From assembly GCA_008632985.1 (NCBI GenBank), contig QPGO01000149.1, positions 124,001 to 185,940 on the forward strand: a stretch of 61,940 nt of DNA, read 5' to 3'. The stretch comes from Psammoneis japonica. Its lineage: Eukaryota. Position numbers and translations under genes: made by a program. This document shows, piece after piece, positions 21,467 to 31,182 of this stretch. Position 1 is the stretch's first letter. Each line of letters begins with the position of its first letter. The notes under the pieces are model-generated. The model made no database searches, was not told the origin of the DNA, and saw only the letters and a list, made by a program, of their open reading frames with translations.

Positions 21467-24385
21467 ATGGGTCGGTGGTCGTACGCACTCTCAGTCCTCC
21501 TTCTGCTTCCGACATCACACGCTTTTGTACCGTCATCGCTATCATGCCGTACAAGGAGCTGTTTCTTTCTCGGAACCTACGCCGATTCTCTTTCGGGAAA
21601 TCATCCTCAACCAGAGGGTGAAGACATTCCCGATTGGATTCAGAGAATGGCTGCCGATTATGTTTCGAAAGCCGACGATATTGAAAAGCAAAACCATGAT
21701 GTGTTGTCTGCCGATCCTCCTCCGCGCCATGACATTGAGATTAACGGCGGCACCGCGATAATCTCTGAAGAAGACAAGGGTAATAAGGTTCCAGTTATGC
21801 CTGAAATTGATCCCAACCTGCCTGAGTGGGTTCAAATGGCCATGGCGGAAGACGCACAAATGTCTGTGATTTCAGGCGAGGATGACCCTCCGCTTACGGT
21901 CGAGTACACGCCTCCTCCGGCACCCGCACCCGTGCCGATACCCGTCATGAGAGAAGACGACGAAGACGAAGACATTCCCGAGCCACCAAAGGTGGAAGCC
22001 GAGTACAAGGTTCCCGAATGGGCGCACAAGGCTGGTGACGCCATGTACAATCGGTGGAATCAGTTGCACCGCAATGGCACGGGTGGTGGCGGACGCAACT
22101 TGCCAAAGACCCCCACGATTCAACACGATGAACCAAGGCTCTTGAGGGATGAAGACGAGCCAATTCATCCGAACGTTGTACCAGCTCGAAAGCACTGGGC
22201 CGAGTCACAGTCGCCGTACCGACCCGAGAATGGTAAGGACTACCATGTTGTACCAGAAGAGTGGATGCCTCACGAGGCACATCGGACTCCCGAACCTCGT
22301 CAGAATCAAGAGCGATTCTCTTCGACGCAAGCACAACGGTCGATACCACCCGACGCACCCAAAATTGACCGGTCGGACTTTATTACTCAGCCAAAGCAAA
22401 GCAGGGTGCCCACGACTCTATGGCGTGATCCTTCTCGAGTGGACCATTCGGTCTATGCCCGAGGCATACAGTCACAACAACAGGCGCACGATCCGCGCTT
22501 TGACGGAGCCTACCATTCTCAACCACCGCAGCCGCCCATGCAGCCGCCAATGCAGCCTCCACGTCCACCTGAAATGCCGTCTGGGCTGTCGGCCGATTTG
22601 CCCATGTGCGATCAAAAGGAGCACATTAATGGGCCGCCAACCACTGCCAAGAGGTATAGGCCTACCATGCCAGTGTCTCTAACACCAGATGCTCCCAAAA
22701 TGGGTGACAATTTGTCTGCTCAACAAATATATCAGCAATACACGCGCGCGCCGCCGCCACAGCAGTTTCAGCAGCAACAGTTCTACCAGCAGCAACAGTA
22801 TCATCAGCAACAGCAATACCAACAGCAGCGCCTGCAAGAAGAGCAGGAATGGATACCCGAGTTTCCTCCGGATCCTCAAATGTACGGCGTGGTGTATGAA
22901 CCACAGGATGTGGCTGGACCAGAGTACGGAATACCGCACACGGTGCAAACGCCCAGATTTGGCGATGGCTTGCAGATTGCGGCGTCGCTTAGGCCGGACC
23001 CACCACTTTGTGACGTTCCTGAACATTTGTTGCAACGGCCTCCAGCAAGAGAGCGCAAGTTGCCCATGTCCCTTTCGGCGGATGCACCAAGGTTGGACGT
23101 CCCTACGGTAAAACCTCCCCCGCCGGTACGACACAAGCTTCCCGTGTCGCTCTCTCCTGATGCACCATCCTTTGACGACACTATTGACACTCCAAAATCG
23201 CCACCACCCAAGCACCACAATCTTGCATCCTCTTTACCAGCCGATCCTCCAAAGTTTGATGCCTCACAAGCGCCGCCCCAACAACGTGTACAACATGTCT
23301 ATGGACAGGTTGATGTCCCAGACGACGAGCTGGCTGCCGCGTTGGATTTAATGAAGCTAATGGCAGAGGACGGTAGATTCCAGCAAATGAGTTTTGAGCA
23401 GCGCGTTGCCTATGCTGCCAACGCGGTGCGTCAACGGATTGCGTCGCACGAGGCAAGAAACGGAAGACGCGGTGAACCAAGATATCTACCTGGGAATGAT
23501 GACGCTTCGGACGATGAGGTTTCGGCGGCTTTGGACTTTTTCATGCAGAAAATGGCAAACAATGCCGAGTTTCAGCGGCTCCCGTTTGATCAGCGGGTTG
23601 CCTATGCCGCTGCGGCGGTGCGCCGAGGTAGTAGTGTGCCGACGGGTTTGATGCAGCCTAATCATGTCATGGATCGTCGACGCTTGAGCGCGTCGCCGCA
23701 GCCAGAGGCGTTTGTGGTTGACACGAATGAACATACAGGACCACCCCCTCATATTACAAGACAAAACGAGAAAAAGGCTTCATCTTTGAAACCCGACGAT
23801 CCTTTGGAAGGAAGAACAGGACAGGCGCTGTTGACACCACGAATGCCAGATAATACCGGCCAGGACTCATTGGTGCCACACACTCCCCTCGATGAAAAGG
23901 AAAAGCAGGAAGAGGTTGCGGCAGCTTTGAAGCTATTTATGGAGAAAATGGCGGACAATGAGGAGTTTCGGCAAATGAGCACGGAGGAACGTGTTGCTGC
24001 CGCGGTGGCCTCTGTGCGAATGTCCAAGAATGTTAATCCGTTTCCGCAGGTGGTAGAGAAAGCCGAACCAGACGCGTTGACTCCAGAGTTTGGTGCCGAG
24101 AGCCCCATTTATGGAGCTGAAACCTTCTGGAGAGAGCCACCTCAGAAAAAGGAAACTGCGAAGCCAGAGAATCCGTCAAAGCTAGACGAAGCTGCAAAAG
24201 CAAATGCAGTGGCCATTAATGGCACTCCAGAACCAAAGTCTCCTTCGTCAAACGACGCGACTGCCAAATCCCATAAGCAAACAAACAGTATCGAGACTAA
24301 AGGAATGGCGTCTCGAATCTCAAAGTTTCTCAAGAAACGTCACGATGATGATATGAAGGGCGGCATGAAGGATGTTGCGCCGTAG
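21467..24385 (+). CDS. Pro-rich low-complexity repeat protein with signal peptide + AFV motif (putative plastid targeting)
   Basis: 972-aa ORF starting MGRWSYALSVLLLLPTSHA-FVP. About 9 SLxxD(A/P)P motifs and 3 helical repeats. Confidence 0.85.
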   Translation: MGRWSYALSVLLLLPTSHAFVPSSLSCRTRSCFFLGTYADSLSGNHPQPEGEDIPDWIQRMAADYVSKADDIEKQNHDVLSADPPPRHDIEINGGTAIISEEDKGNKVPVMPEIDPNLPEWVQMAMAEDAQMSVISGEDDPPLTVEYTPPPAPAPVPIPVMREDDEDEDIPEPPKVEAEYKVPEWAHKAGDAMYNRWNQLHRNGTGGGGRNLPKTPTIQHDEPRLLRDEDEPIHPNVVPARKHWAESQSPYRPENGKDYHVVPEEWMPHEAHRTPEPRQNQERFSSTQAQRSIPPDAPKIDRSDFITQPKQSRVPTTLWRDPSRVDHSVYARGIQSQQQAHDPRFDGAYHSQPPQPPMQPPMQPPRPPEMPSGLSADLPMCDQKEHINGPPTTAKRYRPTMPVSLTPDAPKMGDNLSAQQIYQQYTRAPPPQQFQQQQFYQQQQYHQQQQYQQQRLQEEQEWIPEFPPDPQMYGVVYEPQDVAGPEYGIPHTVQTPRFGDGLQIAASLRPDPPLCDVPEHLLQRPPARERKLPMSLSADAPRLDVPTVKPPPPVRHKLPVSLSPDAPSFDDTIDTPKSPPPKHHNLASSLPADPPKFDASQAPPQQRVQHVYGQVDVPDDELAAALDLMKLMAEDGRFQQMSFEQRVAYAANAVRQRIASHEARNGRRGEPRYLPGNDDASDDEVSAALDFFMQKMANNAEFQRLPFDQRVAYAAAAVRRGSSVPTGLMQPNHVMDRRRLSASPQPEAFVVDTNEHTGPPPHITRQNEKKASSLKPDDPLEGRTGQALLTPRMPDNTGQDSLVPHTPLDEKEKQEEVAAALKLFMEKMADNEEFRQMSTEERVAAAVASVRMSKNVNPFPQVVEKAEPDALTPEFGAESPIYGAETFWREPPQKKETAKPENPSKLDEAAKANAVAINGTPEPKSPSSNDATAKSHKQTNSIETKGMASRISKFLKKRHDDDMKGGMKDVAP

Positions 24386-25242
24386 TTGATGTCCTGGTGG
24401 TGGGGTGTCTGACCCTTTTATTGCACTACTGGACCCTTTTTGCCAATGGTACCACCCAAAATTGAAATTTAGAGTGGAGACTCGATAGGCGTACATGGTA
24501 ATCACAGGACAGTTGTTACGAAACCACGCGGGATTGGGATTTGTGTAGTCACTTTTTAAATCGTGAAGTTGACTCTTGCAGCAGGCTTTTGGGACGAAAT
24601 GAAGATCAGTGTGTTTGTGTGCGGTGTTCAATGTGAAATGTGTGAGTATATTGACAAGAGGGCTTTTCGCTCGTCAGCCAACCGTTCAGAGTGGGACAGT
24701 TATTGGCGTTCACACGCTTTGCAAATGAGTAGAACGTAGAGTATATGCAGTAGCGACCAGCGATGCGGGAACTACGACTAGTCGGTTTTATAATACATAT
24801 TATGTTGCGTCACTTGATTGCTTCCATTGCACTCTTACCATATAAAGGTATCATACCGTAGGTACTTTAGGTGAGGTTCAAGGTCGTTTGGTCCTCGAAG
24901 ATCTGTCCGTCATCCGTTGAGATTTCGTGGGCATGAGTTGCAGGGGCAATTGCAGTGATGTCTTTGTTTCTGTATGTGACGTATTTCAATTTTTTTAGCC
25001 AATCAGTTGAAGTATCGCCAAAATTCCTCGCTAACGTCATTCCTCTTTTTCCGACACGTTATTAATTTATATTCATTCACGATGCACATATGAACGTTAA
25101 CACATGCAACGGTGCGCACCGTGGATTTGCCGCGTAAAAAAAGAAACGATCAACTGCCGTCGTCAGCCGTCAGCAACAACGAGACATCGAAAAGAATCGT
25201 GTTCTGTGAAACCAAACTGTACTGTAGCAACAGCAATACGAG

Positions 25243-28200
25243 ATGGGTCGGTGGTCATATGCACTCTCAGTAATGCTGATGACTTATTCATCACAGTCAT
25301 CAGATGCTTTTGTGCCGGCAGGGAAATTGAGCAGATTCTGGACGCGATGCTTCATCTCGAATTTCGCTGATTCGCTTTCCACAAACAATCAGGAAGATCC
25401 GGAGAATTACGCAGGAGCCGATCAGAGCCAAAGCACCTCGTTTGAATCATTATATAGTAATGCTGCATGGGCTCAGGAGGGGCAAAGTAGTGATATGGGG
25501 GATCACATTAGCAGCAACATGGGGGATCAAAATACTGCTTCCGAAGAATTTTATGGAGGTGGAGATCAATTTTATGGAGGTGAGGAACAAAGTGTTCCCG
25601 ATCTGGACGAGCCAAAGGACTATGGTGGTGTAAAATACAGGATGCCATCATGGGCGAAACCGGGTGGGGCGGATAAGAACTGGCATACGAAGTCGGCAGA
25701 GGATCGAGATTTCATCGCGAAGGGGGGCACGAGCGAAGATATTCAATCCGGTGAAGCCGTTCATCCGATCCAAGGGGCGAATTATCCACAGCATCGGACT
25801 CAGTCTGCTACAAGTACACCGGTCTTTACCACCTCATCCTCGGAGCCGCCCGTGATACCAACAGGGTTGCCCCCTCCTAGACAGGAATCAGGCAATCTGC
25901 CCCCACCGAAACATTCTTTGAACGGTTTGGGAGCAGGTTTGTTTACTGCTGATGAGGAAGAAATCCCGTGGTGGTCAATCTCAAAGGGAGGAAATAAGTA
26001 TGCAGATTACAAAAAGCCACCGGCGTTGTCGCCTGAAGCGTCACTCATATCAGAGGCTATCACTGTTGAAGCGGTCAGGGACGAAGACGAAGAAGTATTG
26101 AAAGCGCTCCAGTACATGGATAAAATGGCCCAGGATGTTGAATTTCAAAAGCTCAGTCCCAAGGAGCAGATTGCAGTAGCGGCAAAAGCCGTTTCGGATG
26201 AGGCTATGATTGGGAAGCCCACTCCAATGTCTACCGAAGATGATATCGTTAAGGTAGCCGCGGCACTAGCATCGAGACTTGCGGAGGAAAAAGCAAGGAG
26301 GCTTGGTCCTTCCAAAGAAGCAAAGATTTATGCCGTTAAAATGGGGATGAAAAAGGCAAGAGAAGCAGCAATGATAGCGAAACATCCAGTAAAGAAAGCA
26401 CCGCCGAAGCCTCCGCCCCCACCTATACCTTCACAGTTGGGAAAGGAGAGGAATGATGTTGATATGGAAATGATGATGAAAATGGCAAAGGAAATGGCCA
26501 CACAAATGACAGAGCACGCTGTAAAGACCATGGCGCAGCAACAACCAAATAATATGCAGCCAAGTCTTCCGTCTCAAAGTCAGACTTCCAATCCAGCACA
26601 GCCTCCGCCTAAACCGAGAAATCCTTTTGAAAAGTTTAACGCCCGATTGCCTGGTGAACCCGAAGAGAAACGGCCTCCGTCTGGAATTCCAAATCAGGTT
26701 GGCGGCGGAATACCAAATAGCGCACAACTACCTAATGCGGGAGTGGCGACGCCACCATCCGCCATACAGAATCAACCTGGTGGTGGAATTCCGAACAATG
26801 CGCAATCGTCTAATGCCGTGCAGACAACACCTCTAACCGCAATGCAAAGTCAAGCAGGCACTGGAATGCGGAGCAACACGCAATCGCCTAATACTGGAGC
26901 GACGACGCCTCCAAAAGAAACGCAAAATCGATCTTTTAGTGGATTACCAAACAGCGCCCAAGCGCCGAATACTGGAGCGCCTCCGAGTGCAATGCAGAAT
27001 CAAACCGGCGGCGGAATATCGAACAACGCGCAATCGCCCAACCCCGTACAGAAATCGCCTCCGTCTAGAATGCAGAATCAAGCAGGTGGAGGAATACCTA
27101 AGAACTCGCAACCGTCAAGTACCATACGGCCAACAAATCCCACTGCAATGCAAAATCAAGCAGGTGGTGGAATACCACTGCAAACGACCGGGTCTCCTGT
27201 GGCGACCATAGGAAAGGAAAATCGGAATGGGTCTTTAGATCCACTGAGTTCAACTAATGTTGGAAGAGCTAGAAATCCGAGCTTTCCATCCACTACGACC
27301 GGGAAAGCCGCACCTTTTCCTTCACCGACAAATCAGCCAGGTGCTCTCAATGGGGAGATGTTGAATAATAAATCGACCGAGACACCGGATGTATCATTAC
27401 GGAACGAAAAGGCCAAACCAGGGGAGTTAGGTACTGGCATACCGGGCGCATTTAATAGTGGAGCATCGAACGCTGGCGGGGAGAAACAACCTCTAAAGCA
27501 AGGTTCGTTCGGCGGAAATACTCTGAAGAGCCCGTTTGATTCAACAAGTACGAACGGGAAGACGGATCCGTCGAATTCGACAAAAGATGGATTAGGCTCA
27601 CTCGGTCCTAGCAGCGCGCAAAAGATGCCATTTGAGTCAGGAACGACTCAGCCGTCAAAGCCAGGTTCCTTCGGGAGTAGCATGTCGAATAGTCCGTTTG
27701 AGTCACCGGCTTTGAACGGGAAGACACAGCCATTGAGCTCCATTGAGAACAAGCCAAGTTCTTTCCCAAGTAGTACGCAAAAGAATCCTTTTGAGACACC
27801 GGTTAAGAACGGGAAGACAGAGCCACTGAACTCGTTTACGCAGAAGCCAAGTACATTCGGTAGTAACATGCTGAAGAAGCCGATTCAAACGTTTGATAAG
27901 AACGGAAAGTCAGAACCGAAGGCTAGCGCGTCGGACAAGCCAGGTGCGCTGGGTGGTGGCATGTTTCAAAAGACGACTGAGTCACAACTTTCCGGCGCTA
28001 CCGAAAAAGGAGAGAAATCGACCACTTCATTTCCGAGTTCGTTTTCCTCGAACGATCATCCTGCAAAGAATGCGATGAAGGTAGCAAAGGAAAAGTCAAG
28101 TAGCTTCCCTGGACTCAAAAAGGCAGAAGGGGTGAAGCAGTTTCCATCCCAGCCAGGTGCACTTGGCGGAGGTATGTTTCAAAAGACGGCCGAGTCGCGA

Positions 28201-28911
28201 CTTTCCGGCTCTGGCGAGACTGAAGGAGGAGAGGAGTCGGCCACCTCGTTTCCGAGCTCGTTTTCCTCCATCGATCCCGCAAAGGACACGCTAAACCTAG
28301 CAAAAGAAAAAGCAACTGGCCTGCCTGATCTTAAAAAGGCAGAGGGAGTGACGCAGTTTCCATCCCAGCCAGGTGCGCTCGGAGGAGGAATGCTCAATAG
28401 CGAGACTGATCAAAGAGATGAGACGAAAGATACTCCGTTTGGTGCAGGTATGATGAGAAATCCAAACGAGAGATTACGTGGGGAAACAGGCCATTCTCTA
28501 AGACCTGATAGCCAACTCAACCTTGGTTCCGAGAAAATAAAGAGCGCCCGGGCTGAAAGCTTGGAATCATTGAGAATGATATCACGCAAGTTGGATCCAG
28601 TTGAAAATTCTAAACAGGTGTTGAATGGAAGTGATGCCCGCGCTCCACGCTCCCCTCGGTCAGACACTGGATCTGTAACTCTTGATAGAGGTTCTCGGAA
28701 GCGATTAGTTGGTCGTTTGGCATCTTTGAAATCCAAATCATCCGAGACGCATGATATAGAGGATTCCAGCTCGTTTGAGAACGATGAAAACGCCTCCAAC
28801 TCCGAGAAGAACGAAGATGCCGAGTCCAACGAACAGAGTAGATTGAAGTCATTCGGTAGCAAGGCTGCTATCGTCTGTAATATTGTCGCCCGTGCTGCGT
28901 TTCATATATAG
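25243..28911 (+). CDS. Low-complexity repeat protein, tandem paralogue of 21467-24385
   Basis: 1222-aa ORF with the same MGRWSYALSV..AFVP..CF..ADSLS N-terminus. Contains QNQxGGGIP, PF..NGKT and PGALGGGM repeats. Confidence 0.85.
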   Translation: MGRWSYALSVMLMTYSSQSSDAFVPAGKLSRFWTRCFISNFADSLSTNNQEDPENYAGADQSQSTSFESLYSNAAWAQEGQSSDMGDHISSNMGDQNTASEEFYGGGDQFYGGEEQSVPDLDEPKDYGGVKYRMPSWAKPGGADKNWHTKSAEDRDFIAKGGTSEDIQSGEAVHPIQGANYPQHRTQSATSTPVFTTSSSEPPVIPTGLPPPRQESGNLPPPKHSLNGLGAGLFTADEEEIPWWSISKGGNKYADYKKPPALSPEASLISEAITVEAVRDEDEEVLKALQYMDKMAQDVEFQKLSPKEQIAVAAKAVSDEAMIGKPTPMSTEDDIVKVAAALASRLAEEKARRLGPSKEAKIYAVKMGMKKAREAAMIAKHPVKKAPPKPPPPPIPSQLGKERNDVDMEMMMKMAKEMATQMTEHAVKTMAQQQPNNMQPSLPSQSQTSNPAQPPPKPRNPFEKFNARLPGEPEEKRPPSGIPNQVGGGIPNSAQLPNAGVATPPSAIQNQPGGGIPNNAQSSNAVQTTPLTAMQSQAGTGMRSNTQSPNTGATTPPKETQNRSFSGLPNSAQAPNTGAPPSAMQNQTGGGISNNAQSPNPVQKSPPSRMQNQAGGGIPKNSQPSSTIRPTNPTAMQNQAGGGIPLQTTGSPVATIGKENRNGSLDPLSSTNVGRARNPSFPSTTTGKAAPFPSPTNQPGALNGEMLNNKSTETPDVSLRNEKAKPGELGTGIPGAFNSGASNAGGEKQPLKQGSFGGNTLKSPFDSTSTNGKTDPSNSTKDGLGSLGPSSAQKMPFESGTTQPSKPGSFGSSMSNSPFESPALNGKTQPLSSIENKPSSFPSSTQKNPFETPVKNGKTEPLNSFTQKPSTFGSNMLKKPIQTFDKNGKSEPKASASDKPGALGGGMFQKTTESQLSGATEKGEKSTTSFPSSFSSNDHPAKNAMKVAKEKSSSFPGLKKAEGVKQFPSQPGALGGGMFQKTAESRLSGSGETEGGEESATSFPSSFSSIDPAKDTLNLAKEKATGLPDLKKAEGVTQFPSQPGALGGGMLNSETDQRDETKDTPFGAGMMRNPNERLRGETGHSLRPDSQLNLGSEKIKSARAESLESLRMISRKLDPVENSKQVLNGSDARAPRSPRSDTGSVTLDRGSRKRLVGRLASLKSKSSETHDIEDSSSFENDENASNSEKNEDAESNEQSRLKSFGSKAAIVCNIVARAAFHI

Positions 28912-29419
28912 CGGGGCATGTTCAATCGACAAACTCGGCGTCGCCTTGGGGACGCCAACGGCAGATTCGCAACATCTTTGAAGGGTTGCCGTTCTGAATT
29001 CATACAGTGTGGCTGACTGCAACGAGATCAAGGCCACTGCCAACATGGACTAATAATGTCCAGCGGGGATCATGTTACCTTTCATAAATCAACTCTTCAC
29101 TTTATACAATTCACATTTTTTGGTGGGTATCCAATGTCAGAGGCATGGGATAAGAATGCAACCATACACACGTCGGGAACGACGTTCTCGCAGACGAAAG
29201 GATCACCTCGTACTACAGTAATTAACTTTCATTTGAACACTGTCTATCTTATGTTCTGGAAACTCTCTACTCTAGAGTAGACCTTATTTTTTATCCACTG
29301 TTGCATGTTACATCATGTTCTCGAATCTCAAATCATCGAAAAGACCAAGAAAAGGAAGCGACTAAAGACGGACGTAGGACTGACCAAGCCACGTCGTCGA
29401 AAAATAAAAAACGTTACGT

Positions 29420-29484
29420 TGACGTCACTCTGACGTGTGAAAGTACCACGGTTCCCCTTCCGCGAACGTGCTGTGCTGACGTCA
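29420..29484. promoter_or_regulatory. Cluster of bZIP-type sites (TGACGTCA x2, TGACGTG)
   Basis: TGACGTCA at 29420 and 29477 and TGACGT at 29431, 75-140 bp upstream of ATG 29558. Confidence 0.5.
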
Positions 29485-29557
29485 CCCAACCGCCAATGAA
29501 AATGAAAATGCCTTCCAAACGTGATCCTCACAAAATCGACAAAATTGCTTTCACACC

Positions 29558-30780
29558 ATGATCTCCTCGCTCTCCCGAGTGGCGTCGTCTCGCCTCCCCA
29601 AGACAGCTATCAAGGCTACCACAGAATGTCTTGCGACCAAGACGGCAACATCGTCACGTTTTTTCTCAAGTCTTCCCCTTCCAGGAGCTCTGCAAGGGAG
29701 CCAATCGAAATGGAAGTGGGCGTTGGGCAGCGGCATTGTCGCTACCACTGCTCTCCAAGCCATGTATGGTAATACTTCTGATTTCTATGAATATCGCTTC
29801 ATCACTGATAAGGATCCTGATGATATCGCCAGTTTCTACGGTGGCGAAGAATTCATGGAGCTATTTTGCGTCATGCCCATTGTTGGTCAAATCATGATGC
29901 GAGGTGGTACGTTTGACGAAGAGGGCACCGTTCATACCCAAGGCCTTCCTGGCACTCTTCAAGTGTCAATGGTCTTCTCTGATGAGTTTGATTCAGAAAA
30001 TGACCGCACTCTTTGGTTCAACAAGCGTGAGCGCTTTAAGGATGTCTTTTACGAGAAAAAGATGTGGGACATGGTACGTTTAAGTGACTGTCACTCTCCC
30101 TTTTTCTGATCCTATAGTTTGGAGATTTGTCTTGCTAATCCTCTGGCTTCTTTGATTATTCGTAGGTGACAAACTTTGGTTTCCAAACTCTCCCAGATGG
30201 TCGCGTCGAGTGCTACCACACGGGCGAGTACTTTCACGGTAACATCCCGCCACTCTCGCTTCTGCTGCGCCTGGTTTTCCAGATCCACGCTCAGTACGTT
30301 GGCTGGGCTACCGAAAACTTTATCAACAGCGTGGCCTTCACCAGTGAAACCGACGAAGAGGAAGTCATCGAAGAAGAAGCACGCACCTTCTTCCTCTGGC
30401 ATCTTGTCAAGAACGTCTACTGGGCCAATGCCAAAGCCAAGGTGCTTGGAACCGGCGAGCAGAAGCGCGCGCGAAGAGATACCGCCCATGAGGATGATGA
30501 GGTTGAAGAGAAGGATCTCTCCGCCATTCTCAACAGGCCACCCCTTGCTCACTCCACGACTGTGGCAATCCAGCCCATGTTGACTATTCAGCGTCACTCT
30601 ACCTTGTCTAAAATTGACGAAGATATTCGCGCGGACCGTGCCTTGTTGAGACAGAACAGTATGAAGGGAGTCGAGGTCAAATCGGGTGTCGACGCCTACC
30701 GTCGTGCGACTGCTGCTGCCCGCCAGCGATTCGAGACTCGTCGTCGCATGTCTTCTGTGAACATGTCCAAGAAGGACTAA
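29558..30780 (+). CDS. Hypothetical protein, 2 exons (29558-30073, 30166-30780), mitochondrial-type presequence
   Basis: The ATG|GTACGT...CGTAG|GTG phase-0 intron joins the 183-aa and 204-aa ORFs. The N-terminus is S/R/A-rich. Confidence 0.8.
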
Positions 30781-31182
30781 GCTACCATTACACACTACCA
30801 GCCACTTTTTTAAAGAAGGATCTAACTAAGACTATAGATCTGTAACTATTTTGTACAGAATGCTGAATTGTATCTGACTCATCCTTCGCAGAAGCTACAG
30901 TATTGTGTGTCCGGACCGCGAAACACCGCGAAGTGCGAGGCGCGAACGCATCAGTCATGCGAATCGATGCGAAACGGGACTCAAATTTTGGAAAATTTCG
31001 CAGAGAGCGTTCGCGCGAAGCGGAGCTGACAGCTTGAAAGAAGAGCTGACGATGAGAGCCGTAGCAAAAAGAGGGTGTACTGTATCCAAACTTAGCTCTC
31101 ACTTCGCTCTCCCCTTGTTTCATCTCCCGTCGATCGCTTCTCTTTGCACTAAAGGTTTTCACATAGGTTATTTGTTTCAATC

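Noticed and set aside
26690..28400. Periodic repeats as a CRISPR-like array
   Set aside because: They are degenerate in-frame coding repeats in a eukaryotic ORF.
18452..28911. Bestrophin plus repeat proteins as a carbon-concentrating gene cluster
   Set aside because: The bestrophin shows no evident plastid presequence, and adjacency alone is not evidence.
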